A DNA stretch of 64,000 bases from the NCBI RefSeq assembly GCF_006345805.1, contig NC_043017.1:7254001-7318000 (forward strand). Direction: 5' to 3'. The stretch comes from Octopus sinensis (Eukaryota). Position numbers and translations under genes: made by a program. The notes below the pieces were generated by a model. That model saw nothing but the letters and a program-made list of their open reading frames with translations, did no database searches and was not told where the DNA came from. Of this stretch, positions 51,590-64,000 are shown piece after piece. The first letter of the stretch is position 1. Every line of letters begins with the position of its first letter.

Positions 51590-51920
51590 ACTCTGTCTCT
51601 CTCTCACTCTCTGTCTTACTCCCTCTCACACACACACTCATGCATGCACATACACACACACACTCTCCCCCCCTCTCTCTCTCTCTCTCTCCCCCCTCTC
51701 TCTCTCTCCCCCTCTCTCTCTCTCCCCCCTCTCTCTCTCCCCCCCTCTCTCTCCTCCCTCTCTCTCTCTCCCCCCCCCTCTCTCTCTCTCCCCCCTCTCT
51801 CTCTCCCCCCTCTCTCTCTCTCCCTCTCTCTCCCTTACTCTCTCTCCCTTTCTCCCCCTCTCCCTCCCTCCCTCCCTCTCCCTCTCTCCCTCTCCCTCTC
51901 TCCCTCTCTCTCTCTCACAC
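51590..51920. repeat. Polypyrimidine (CT/CCT)n tract, about 330 bp
   Basis: Direct reading. Confidence 0.95.
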
Positions 51921-54555
51921 ACACATACACATACAGGTAATACAGTTGATCCAACACTTAGTACCCATTTGTAGACCATATCCAAAAGGGGTACTCGGTT
52001 ATCCAATTACATATACACAAATGTACAGTTCTCCCCGACACCCACACACTCACACACCTTTATCTATACCCCTACCCCCATTACACAATATGGTAAATGT
52101 GCCATTATTGAATTATTTCTGAAAGATAGTGGGAAAATAATTATGTGTGTGTGTGTATGTGTGTGTATTTTATCTTCTGCTCTTTGATAATTAATAAAGA
52201 TACAGTTAATGGGCAGCAGGTGCTGTTTAGTTGCCATGTTAACTAATTAAACTAAATTGATCTTCTATTAGTACAGCAAGTAAATATAATGAATAAATAA
52301 AAAATTTTTTAAAACGTTTAGTTTTGGCTGTTGGCTTTGTAATTGGTTGGTACCAAACTAAAGAAACAGCACTACACATGCACACACACACACACGTAAT
52401 TGATTTGATGCCATAGAAACTAAAGAAATGATTTAATGTGTGTATGTATATATATATATATATATATTTATATATACATGTAATATATATATATATATAT
52501 GTAATATATGTGTGTGTGTGTCACAATATATGGATTCAAGTAATCTTGTAGTACTCATAAAAAAAGCTCAACGTATCATTTTACAAAACAGAATATATCG
52601 TGCAATACAAGAGAAAACAACAAAGAGTGTAGAAAGTTACAGAAAATATTGTCATGATATTAGAATTTTCTTATTGTTAAATAAAATTTCATCAAACTAT
52701 TTCCCTGTCATTTAATGACTTTATCATCATCATCGTTTAACGTCCGTTCTCCATGCTAGCATGGGTTGGACGGTTCGACCGGGGAATCTGGGAAGCTAGA
52801 AGGCTGCACCAGGCTCCAGTCTTATCTGGCAATGTTTCTACAGCTGGATGCCCTTCCTAACGCCAACCACTCCGTGAGTGTAGTGGGTGCTTTTTACATG
52901 CCACCTGCATAGGTGCCAGGTGAGGCTGGCAACGGCCACGGTCGGATTGGTGCATTTTACGTGCCACTGGCACGGAAGCCAGTCGAGGCGGCACTGGCAT
53001 TGGCCACGATTCGGATGGTGCTTTTTACATGACACCGGCATGGAAGCCAGTTGAGGCGGCGCTATAAATGTGCAGGAATGGTTGTGTGGTAAGAAGCTTG
53101 TTTCAGTTCCACTGCGTGGCACCTTCGCCAAGTGTCTTCTACTATAGCTTTGGGCCGACCAAAGCCTTGTGAGTGGATTTGGTAGGCGGAAACTGAAACT
53201 CATGGTATATATATATATATACGTTTGTGTTTGTGCGTCTGTCCCCCACACCATCGCTTGACAACTGTTGCCAGTGTGTTTATGTCCCCATTACTTAAAG
53301 GTTTGGCAAAAGAGACCAAAAGAATAAGTACCAGGCTTACAAAGAATAAGTCCTGGGGTCGATTTGTTCAACTAAAAAGGCAGTGCTCCAGCATGGCTGC
53401 AGTAAAATGACTGAAAGAAATAGAGATGACTGTGCTGGTATGGTCATGTGATGTGTATGAATGAGGACAGGTGTGTAAAGAAGTGCCGATCTCTAGCTGG
53501 AAGGAACCTATGGTAAAGGTGGACCCAGAAAGACATGGGATGAAGTGGTGAAGCACAATCTCTGAACTTTTAGCTTCACAGAGGCAATGACAAGTGAATG
53601 AGACCAACTCATGCCAGCATGGAACATGGACATTAAATTGTTATATATATTATAAATATTAAAAACAATACATTCAAAAGAGATATCTCAAGAGTTCAAT
53701 CACTACTACCATCCACAAGTCACTTTCAGGGCACTTGACCATTTAACATCCTACTACTATCATACCACTTCTGCATTCTCCTTCTCCACCTCTGCCAAGA
53801 ATTTACAATGACCTCGAACCCACAAGAGAGACGGAGACAGGCAGAAACAAGGAAAATGCCTCTTGTCTTTGAATACCATTCAAATATTCTTTTAAAAAAC
53901 TTTTCATTTAATTTTTCCAAAATTTAATTGTTTTCCATACTTAGAGTTGAAAAAGTCTCAACGACTGAAACCTGTACTAAAATGTTTTTTATGATAAAAT
54001 TATTTTAGCATTTTCTACTTTGACTTTTTTTCCTTATATATTTATATATATATATATATATTGTTTGTTTTTATGTTCAGGTATAATAAAAACTATTTTA
54101 CATTAGGAGAGTATTATAGTTTTCTGGAAGCATTGTGTATTGTTTGTGAAATATAATGTGTCTTGAATGGCACAACAATGCAGAATGGACTATAATAGCT
54201 GTCATAGTTTAATTATAGTCTGATACGATATTTTGGAATATAAAAATTCCTTCTTCAGATATTGCTAGGAATTGATTGAGTCATTGCTATAATTGGTTTT
54301 CCAACAGTTGCTGAAATTTTACATTAATCTGATGGGTTACTAATTCATTTGTAGAGTACAAATTTACTATTCTTATACAAAAATTGTTGATTGTAACTTC
54401 GAAGTTTCTGCCAGCTAAGCCATCAGATAATGCCGAAGAGTGCATGCTCAAAATGTAAAAAGACTTTCTTACTTCCTGAGCATTAAACTAATACATCTGT
54501 TTGTTGTCCACACACCCATCTTCATCTTTTTTTTTTTGTAAATTCCCACTATACA

Positions 54556-54629
<74 letters not shown>

Positions 54630-55500
54630 CACACACATATATGTGTGTGTGTGTTTCTTTCTCTCTGCACTTTATTATTTGAAATTAATGCCCCAAATTT
54701 GTTTTTGACTTTTACATTGCCTCTTTAATCCCGGGATCTATATTAAGCAGTTTTAGATAATCACTAAAACCATCACTTCTCCCCCCTCTTCCACACCACC
54801 ACTACCATCCATATATGTTTTAAAAGATGACCTACATAATAACGAGGAGGGATAAGTTGATAGAGTCCACTAAAGACTAATGTACTGGAAAGCCTCCATA
54901 TACCCCGGTGTACATGTGTTCAGTGTAAAGATTATGACATATGTTGAATACAAGTATTGAACATGTGATCAATATATCTGTTGGACATGTGTTCGATATA
55001 AGTAGATATATGTTGAATATACATTCATTATATCTGTTGATTGCGTGTTCAAGACAATTCAAGGGAGCACCTATTCAATATATTCATTGAGTTTGCATTC
55101 GATATGCCTACTTATCACCATTGAGTAGATAGATGTTCAATATAACTATGGTGGACATATGTTTATTATAATTATTTAGTATGTTAGTATTTATTGTATT
55201 TTCATATGTACAGGAGTGGCTGTGTGGTAAGAAGTATATACATATACATACATATAGGTCTGGAGAGCCAGTGGCTGCACCAGACTCCAATCTGATCTGG
55301 CAATGTTTCTACAGTTGGATGCCCTTCATAATGCCAACCACTCCGAGACTGTAGTGGGTGCTATTTATGTGCCACCAGCATGAGGGCCAGTCGGGAGTTA
55401 CTGGCATCGGTCATGTTCAGATGGTGATTTTTAAGTGCCACTGGCACAAGAGCCAGTCAGGGGGAACTGGCCACAGCAATGATATTGGTTTTACTTGACC

Positions 55501-55532
<32 letters not shown>

Positions 55533-56384
55533 TATATACATACACATACATACATATATATATATATACACACACACACATATACATATGTATCTGTGTG
55601 TGTATGTGTCTTTTTGTCAGTGTTTGCTCCCCCAACACTGCTTGACCACCTGTGTTGCTGTGTTCATGTCCCCATAACTTAGCAGTCCAGCAAAAGAGAC
55701 TGATAGAATAAGCACCAGGCTTAGAATAATTTATCAGTTCTGGGGGTTGATTTCGTTTGACTAAAATCCTTCAACACAGTGCCCCAGCATGGTTGCAATC
55801 TAATGACGGAAACAAGTAAACGAACAAAAGCAAATAAAGAAAGAGAGAGAGAGAGAGAGAAAGAACAGCTACATCCTCTTGGTTTTCTGCTAAACAGTCA
55901 AGCATCCAGCTTCCGGGAACAATCGAGGCTGCAGGCCACAATGAAAATGTCTGATTGGTTGCATTTGTGTCATAAAATCTCATTCAACAATTTCACTGGG
56001 AGTGTCCATCAGCATAAGCAGACATGAGCAGTATCATCATTACCATCATCTTCACCATCACCATCATCACGAACAGATGAGCAGCCATTTTTATTTCTAT
56101 GACGAAGGCAACATGGGTTGGGCACGATGATGCTTTGTACGTATGCATGTATATCTTTCCAGATGGTATTTCAGATAATGTCGACTTCTACTAATTTGAA
56201 CCTGAAGCAATACTAGACACTGTTTGAGAACTTTATTCATATTTATTCATTCATTTGCATTTTCTGGTGGGGCGGGAAATGCAGAAAATCATATTCACAA
56301 TATTTTCTTCTTCTTCTCCTCCTCCTACTTCTCCTCTTTCCTTTTCTCATTCTCTCCTTTGTTCCCATCCCTCTCATAATCTAC

Positions 56385-56385
56385 T

Positions 56386-56422
<37 letters not shown>

Positions 56423-56578
56423 TCTTCTTCCTCTTCTTCTTCTTCTTCCTCTTCTTCTTCTTCCTCTTCTTCTTCTTCCTCTTCTTCCTCTTCTTCTTCC
56501 GCCCCCCCCTCCTTTTTCTTCTTCTCCCTCCTCCTCCTCCTCCTCCTCATCATCATCATCATCATCATTATTATTATT
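56385..56578. repeat. (CTT/CCT)n followed by (CAT/TAT)n trinucleotide arrays
   Basis: Direct reading; source of the poly-S and poly-E ORFs. Confidence 0.95.
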
Positions 56579-56932
56579 AAGGTGGTGAGCTGGCAGAACC
56601 ATTAGCACAATGGACAAAATGCTTATCGGAATTTCGTCCGTCTTTACAGTCTCCTCAGTTGAAATTCTGCCAAGTTCAACTTTGCCTTTTGTCCTTTTTA
56701 GGGTCGATTAAAATAGTACCAGTTACACACTGGGTTCAATGTAATCGACTTGACTCCTTCCCACAAATTTTGGGCCTTGTGCTTCCAGTAGGAAGGATTA
56801 TTATTAATAAGGTGTCAAACTGGCAGAATCGTTCGCACGCTGGACGAAATGCTTAGTGGTATTTAGCCCGTTGCTACGTTTTGAGTTCAAATTCTGCCAA
56901 GGTAGATTTTGGCTTTCATCATTTCAGGATAG

Positions 56933-57160
56933 ACAAATGTTTGAGGTGGTTTGGCCACATGGAGAGGATAGATGTGGAGCAGATGGTTAGGAAGGTGACG
57001 AAGGCAGAAATGGTAGGTAGCAGAACCAGAGGCAGACCTCGGTTTGTGTTGATGGCTGGAGTGAGGAAAGCTTTGGTGGTTGGAGGTATTGGAGTGAGAG
57101 GGGCAAGAGAGTTTATAAATGATAGGAAAGCTTGGAGAGTGTTTGTGGACGGATGAATGA
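56933..57160 (+). mobile_element. RTE LINE 3' coding end
   Basis: LRWFGHMERID...RTRGRPR...DRKAWRVFV* is the typical RTE C-terminus. Confidence 0.85.
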
Positions 57161-57354
57161 ATTTGATGTTGCTCAAAGGGGTACAGAACCAGTATGATGG
57201 GACAGAGGTAAACTAGTATATGCTGTCAAGCCCTGCTGCTGATATTGGGGGTTGCGTTGACCCAGGCTTAGGATAGGGCTCGCCTCTTTGAGCTGAGAAA
57301 TGAATGGAATACCTAGTGTGTGTTTTGTTGTGGTTACCTATGCCTAAGGACGGT

Positions 57355-57612
57355 GATACTGAGGATGAGCACGATGAGGATGAGCACGATGATGATGAGC
57401 ACGATGATGATGAGCACGATGATGATGATGAAGAGGATGATGATGATAAGGATGATGATGATAAGATGATGAAGAGGATGAAGATGATAAGAAGATGAAG
57501 AGGATGAAGATGAGAATGATGAGGATTAGAAGGATGATGATGAAGAGGATGATGAGGATGTTGAGGTGGTGATGATGCTGATGAGGATGAGAAGGATGAT
57601 GATAATGATGTG
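57355..57612. repeat. (GAT/GAG)n array with four gatga(g/t)gagcac units
   Basis: Direct reading. Confidence 0.9.
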
Positions 57613-57709
57613 GACGGGCAAAATGCCTGATTCACTGCTCGGAAAATGTCTATTACATTTGTGATATTGGTTGTTGTTCAAGTGCTCTTGACCCCTTGCT
57701 ACTAATCTA

Positions 57710-57747
<38 letters not shown>

Positions 57748-59256
57748 TTTCCTGTTGCCGAATCTTCCTTCAGCCATTGCTTGATGTCTATCTTTCTTAC
57801 CAGGCTCTTTTCAAAGCCTTTATGAATTGTTCACTTATTCATTTAGTGTCAACAATTGTACTCTTTGATAAAATATACAACAACAACAACAACAACAAAC
57901 TCTGCTTCTTACGTACTTACTTACTGAGTTCTTTACTTCTCCACTCCTTGTTTTAATCCTCTCCAGATATGACCTCATCCCGGATGGTGCTATTAAATAA
58001 GCTACCGGTCTACCTTCCTCTTCCTATTTCATTTCATTTTTGTTTTTAACGATTTAGATACTATCTCTTGTTTCCAAATGATGGGTTCTTTGTTGATTAA
58101 TTAACCAAAGGAACAAAATTGCTAATTAACTGAAGAACGAATCAAAGATGATGAAAGGAATTTTCTTTATATATCTATCATACGTATATATGTATATGTG
58201 TATATGTATATGTGTATATGTATGTATGTATATATGTGTATGTATATATATGTATGCATATATGTATATGTGTATGTATGTATATGTATGTATATGTGTA
58301 TATATGTATATGTATATATATATATGTATATTCTTTTCAATTAACGAGTGATACAAAAGACCATTATTCTTGCTGTTTTTTCCCTTTTTTTTTTTGTTAG
58401 ATCTCATATGATTAATGGTTTTGATGATTTAATGTCTGAAAATTAGGTTTCTTCATTAATTCAGACTGTTTATTCTGTGTCCGTTACAATAGTGGTTCTG
58501 ATGGCCTAGTGCCCTACTAACTACGATGCTGGACTAATGACCCAGAGGTCAAAAGGTCAAAGTATACATGTAACTTACTTGTTTTTTCCCAAGTTGGGCT
58601 TTAGTTGACGTTTTAGCCATGACCATCCCCACTTTCAATCATGCTGTTTATCTAAGATTACATTATCAAATGTGTTCGTCTTTATTTCTTACTTGAAGAT
58701 GTGTTGTATGATTTGGCTGCTATTTCCATCAGTTTTATCAACCACTTAGAGGCTCCTGTTGTTTGGTGCCAGATAATGCTGTTGTTGTTGTCTTACCTCA
58801 GGTCATCCCTGTTGGGGCATGTGGCTTAGTGGTTAGGGGTGTTGGACTCCTAATCGGAAGATTGTGGTTTCGATTTCTGGCCCGAGCAACGAATTGTGTT
58901 CTTGAACAAGACACTTCACTTCATGTTGACTAGTGGTGTATAGCAACATCCAATAGTCTGGTCAATACAGTAATAGATCAAAGCATTTTTGCCATGACCA
59001 TCAATCATAGTTTATCTAAGATTTCATAATCAAATGTGTTCATCCTTGTTTTTTAAATATAGTGAGGCATGATTTTGCTGTTGTTTCTAACAGTGTTAGC
59101 GACCACTTAACATCTTCCCCTTCAGTTTGTATCCAGTACACTCTGTAAAGTGGTTGGCATTAGGAAAGGCATTCAGCAGGAAGCAACCATGCCAAAGCTG
59201 GCACTAGAGGCCATCACATCCCTTGGGTTCATTGGATACTGTTGAACCATCCAACC

Positions 59257-59499
59257 TGGTGTTTACCAACCATTTTTAGCTGTGGACCCTTTTGGCTTAT
59301 ATTTTACTCGGGTGGAGCCTCCTAACCATTTCATGCTAAAAAAAAATCTTATATTTTTATCATTAAATATTAAAAATTGTATGAAAATAATTGTAGCAAT
59401 ATTTTGTGTATTTTAGAAGTATAATCGATTTATAAATTTAAACTGCAAAATCTTATATGGACCCTGAAGGGCCATATCGACCCCGGTTGAGAACCACTG
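59257..59499. mobile_element. hAT-family MITE with an 8-bp TSD
   Basis: Right TIR ggttgagaaccactg, decayed left TIR tggtgtttaccaacc, and TSD atccaacc at 59249-59256 and 59500-59507. Confidence 0.75.
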
Positions 59500-59891
59500 A
59501 TCCAACCAATTCTAGCATGGAACCCAGAGATTTAGCGATGATGATGATGACGATGATGGTGATGTGTACAAACAAAACGAGCAATTTGCATTTAACATAT
59601 TCATATATCCATTATATCAATTGGCAGCAATTTATTCTCTTGTTTGCCTTCAGGAATTATAACTATATCTTCTTTCTTTCTCTCATATTTTCTTCGTTTT
59701 GTCCTTTTCTTTTCTTTGACTATTTTCAGGAAATATTCAAGTCAATCAGCTTGAAATTGTCTCAGTATTTTATTTTTTGTGTTCCAGATTTATTGAAATG
59801 GACATAGAATAAAGAGGAATTTCTTTCTGGAGCAGTGTTAGATTATGAATGGAATCCATCCATTCTTGCATGGTACTCTTGGATCAATATA

Positions 59892-59926
<35 letters not shown>

Positions 59927-60233
59927 CTGTATTTATGTGCATGTATGTTTAAATGAGTGTTTCCATTTCTAAGTACATGCATTAGTTTAAGCATGTGTGT
60001 TTGTGTACACTTGCAGGCAGAGGCATATATACTCTTTTACTTGTTTCAGTCATTTGACTGTGGTCATGCTGGAGCACCACCTTTAGTTGAGCAAATTGAC
60101 CCCAGGACTTATTCTTTGTAAGCCTAGTACTTATTCTATCGGTCTCTTTTGCCGAACTGCTAAGTTACGGGGACGTAAACACACCAGCATTGGTTGTCAA
60201 GCGATGTTGGGGGAACAAACACACACATGCACG

Positions 60234-60292
<59 letters not shown>

Positions 60293-61003
60293 GATAGGCT
60301 TCTTTCATTCTCTGTCTACGAAATCCACTCACAAGGCTTTGGTCGGCCCGAAGCTATAGTAGAAGACACTTACCCAAGGTGCCACACAGTGGGACTGAAC
60401 CTGGAACCATGTAGTTTGTGAGCAAGCTACTTACCACACATCCACTCCTATGCCTATATGTATATATGTTTATGTGTGTGTATGTGTGTGTGCATTTCAG
60501 TGTGCATAATGTTTTTATGTTTTCTTTTACTCCAAAGCCCTGTCCCTGCACATACACAAATATAAAGTAAAGGGGCAAATGTCTTCAATCACTCTGCCTG
60601 TCTCCCCACTCTTTCTGTCTCAATTCATATATAGTAGTATTATATGTATATATCTATGTATCTATACATATGTGTGTGTGTGGTATATATATATATATAT
60701 ATAAGGTATGAAATATATTTTTTGACTGCTGATTATTGATATGCTAAGTGAACATGAAGCAAAAAGCTTACCAAGATAACTTAAGCTGATAATTTCATTA
60801 GCATTTTTATCCTGGTTGGTTTTAGCTAGCGAGTTTTTCTTTCCTTCTATGTAATGGAAAGTAAAGGATTGATGTCGTTAAAGACAGACCTTTATGCATG
60901 TGTATGTGTGCATGAGAGAGAGGGAGAGGTGGAGAGGCAGGCAGACAGACAGTGTCTTGTGACCCAGATGTTGATCATGTACTCTTTGACTAATGTATTT
61001 CAG

Positions 61004-61056
61004 TGTTTCACCAAAGAATTAGGAAATGCATTCCATAATTTTAATGACAGCCAAGG
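61004..61056 (+). CDS. Candidate internal coding exon, CFTKELGNAFHNFNDSQ(G)
   Basis: Branch-like GACTAAT, acceptor tatttcag, donor AGG|GTAAGG; only the phase-0 frame is open. Confidence 0.4.
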
Positions 61057-61264
61057 GTAAGGAACTGGCTTGTGTGAATGGAGAAGTTTTTTTTTGGTTT
61101 TGTTTAATTTTTTTGTAAGTTTTTTTTTTGTTTGTGTGTGAGTGTGTGTTAAACAACAGAAAGTGAGGGAGAGAGGAGAGGGCAAAAATACATCAGTAAC
61201 AACAACAACAATAATAATAATAATTCTTTCTGCTAAAGGCACAAAGACTATATAATAATAATAA

Positions 61265-62050
61265 TCCTTTCTACTGGAAGCATAAGGCCTGAAATTTGGA
61301 GAAAGGGGTTAAATCGATTACATCGACTCCAGTACATAACTGGTACTCATTTTATCGACCCTGAAAGGATGAAAATAATGATAGTAATAATAATAATAAT
61401 AATTTTAGTCTTTTTTATAATGATAAAATGATAATCCTTTCTACTATAGGCACAAGGCCTGAAATTTTGGGAGAGAGGGTAGTTGTTAATATCGACCCCA
61501 GTGTTCAACTGGTATTTATTTGATCAACCCTGAAAGGATGAAAGGCAAAGTTGACTTTAGTGACATTTGGACTTAGAATGTAAAGTTGGAAAAAATATCT
61601 CTAATAATAATAATAATAATGGTTTCAAATTTTGCCACAAGGGCACGAGGTGAATTGATTACATTGACCCCAGTGTTTCACTGGTGCTTAATTTATTGAC
61701 CCAGAAAGGATGAAAGGCAAAGTTGACCCTCGCAGAACTTGAACTCAGAATGTAGCAATAGGCGAAATACCATTAAGCATTTCGTCCAGCGTGCTAATGA
61801 TTCTGCCAGCTCACCACCTTAATAATAATAATTCATTCTACTATAGGCATGAGGCCTGAAATTTGTGGAGGTGGGGAGCAAGTTGATTACATTGAGCCCC
61901 AGTGCTTGACTGGTACTTAATTTATCGACCCCGAAAGGATGAAAGGCAAAGTCGACCTCTGCAGGATTTGAACTCAGAACATAAGGACACACAAAATACC
62001 GCTAAGCATTTTGCCCTGCATGCTAATGATTCTGCCAGCTCACCACCTTA
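61265..62050 (-). mobile_element. Array of four Nin-like SINE copies separated by (AAT)n
   Basis: Repeated ctttctact..ggc..aaggcctgaaatt..tcgattacat.gacccc..gaaaggatgaaa units. Confidence 0.8.
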
Positions 62051-62371
62051 ACTACTACTACTACTGTGAGTTGAAGATTATTAGACATATATGATTATAT
62101 TACACTGGGGTTGATGGTATATGTACCAGCAATAAACTGGGATTGATGTTCCATTAGTTATACCCACTCCCTTGTAAAAGTTGAATGTGTACAGAAATGT
62201 TTAATTTGGCAGACTTTCAAATCAATTATTACTAATTCTTTGAACAATCATTTACTCTGTGTGTGTGTGTATACATTACATGCATGTATATACATCTATA
62301 CATGCATGGACACATGTAAATACATGCACTCACACACATGAATATAACACACACACACACACACATATATG

Positions 62372-62423
<52 letters not shown>

Positions 62424-62444
62424 TGAGTATAATATCATCATCAT

Positions 62445-63165
62445 CATCGTTTAACGTCCGCTTTCCGCGCTAGCACGGGTTGGACGGTTCGACCGGGTCT
62501 GGGAAGCCAGGGCCGCTCCAGGCTCCAGTCTGAATCTGGCAGAGTTTCTACGGCTGGATGCCCTTCCTAACGCCAACCACTCCGTGAGTGGATTGGGTGC
62601 TTTTTACGTTCCACCTGCACAGGGCCGGAGGGTCCGGCATCGGTCACGATCGGTTCGAGCATTTTAACGTGTCAGCGGCACGGGGGCAACGAGGTCCGGG
62701 GTACTTTGGGGATCGGGTACTTTGGGGATCCAGGGTACTTTGGGGATCCGGGGTACTTAGAATGGGTAGGGGGTATGTGGAATTGCTGCAGAAAGCAGCC
62801 CGGGTCTTTGTAGTCACAGCATATCTCCAGAGATCTCGGTCCTTCGCCATTGCCTCAGTGAGGCTCAATGCTCTGAGGTCATGCTTGACCACCTCATCCA
62901 TGTCTTCCTGGGTCTACCTCTCCCCCTGATACCTTCAACTGTTTGGGAGTGGCACACCATCTCTCTCATCCATCCGCAGCACATGACCATACCATCGCAA
63001 GCGTCGCTCTTGCACACCACATCTGATGCTTCTTATATCCAGCATTTCTCTCAGGATGCTTACACTCTGTCTTGCGTGCACACTGACACTACACATCCAG
63101 CGGATCATGCTAGCTTCATTTCTTTCAAGTCTACGCATGTCTTCTGCAGTCACAGCCCAAGTGTA
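62445..63165 (-). mobile_element. RTE LINE 3' fragment (coding end, 3' UTR and GAT tail)
   Basis: TWAVTAEDMRRLERNEASMIRWMC..RRLRWYGHVLRMD, then DEVVKHDLRALSLTEAMAKDRDLWRYAV. The UTR carries three 17-nt gggtactttggggatc(c) repeats and a fourth partial one. Confidence 0.9.
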
Positions 63166-64000
63166 TATTAATGTCTGTGATGTCTGTGTATGATGTTTAT
63201 ATATGTGTGTGTGTGTATGTGTGTATGCATGCATCTATGTATGTGTGAGTTTGTATATGCCAGCATGGACAATGAACGCTAAATGATGATATATATATCT
63301 ACATACATACATATATATAATATAATATATGTATTTCTCTTCTGCTGAATTTGCCCCTCCCATCCCACCAAAGTTGACCAGTACTCTAATTACTCCGTCG
63401 GTCAGTGTTTTGTATCGCAACACCACCGTTGCTGTTGGTGCACTGCACTGAGTCACCGTGCAAAGACTCCCAACTCTACCCATCTTAGTGCACCTGGCTT
63501 TTTAATTGATACCTTCAGTTAGATGTAATTATCAGGTGTAGAATTTGGTGGGGCACTGTTTAACAAGTGCTTCTTGGCCTGAGCTGAAATCCTCCCATGG
63601 CCCACGCCGGAAATGAAATAGACACTACCTGTGTTCGCTGCCTTCGACTCTTCTTCTGCTTTCTCTTCCTCCTCCCATTTCTTGTGCTTCTTCTCCTCCT
63701 CCTTCTTCCTCTGTCTCTCCACCACTACATCCTTCTCCTCCTACTTCCCCTCCATTTTTTGTAATTCTTCTTCATCTAATTATCATTGTATCTTACTTAT
63801 TAAAACATTTAAGCGTATATAAAAATACCATTATTATTATTTACAAGATTGTAAAATACGGCACCGTATAATAAAGCAATTCGCTCCGAAAGCATATATA
63901 TATATACTCTTTTTACTCTTTTACTCTTTTACTTGTTTCAGTCATTTGACTGCGGCCATGCTGGAGCACCACCTTTAGTCGAGCACTAAAGCCCAGTACT

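Noticed and set aside
51281-52122. Long L/S/P-rich and E/R/G-rich ORFs
   Set aside because: They are products of (CA)n and (CT)n tracts.
55771-55983. BRCT-like WMLDC motif in a minus-strand ORF
   Set aside because: It is a single short motif with no good donor, and the ORF runs into a (GA)n repeat.
60763-60820. Pre-miRNA-like hairpin
   Set aside because: The stem is short and interrupted by a large internal loop.

Overview
Eukaryotic, AT-rich, microsatellite- and SINE-saturated DNA. The repeat families (tRNA-derived Nin-like and CORE-like SINEs, abundant RTE 3' ends) look like those of octopus/cephalopod genomes; this is inferred from recalled repeat sequences, not from a search. None of the supplied ORFs is a credible complete gene: they are microsatellite read-throughs or transposon relics. 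The main non-repeat signal is a minus-strand cluster of box C/D snoRNAs at about 1.27-4.11 kb. It holds three paralogues of one snoRNA whose D guide is complementary to the conserved 28S rRNA motif AUAGGGGCGAA, one further well-formed C/D snoRNA and one weaker candidate. They appear to sit one per intron in a non-coding host gene. The rest of the window holds a decayed mariner transposase with two derived MITEs, fragments of R4/Dong, CR1/L2, RTE, Tx1 and Tc1 elements, hAT, piggyBac-like and Helentron-type non-autonomous elements, dozens of SINEs and compound microsatellites. A few short plus-strand candidate exons are present but could not be assigned to a known protein.
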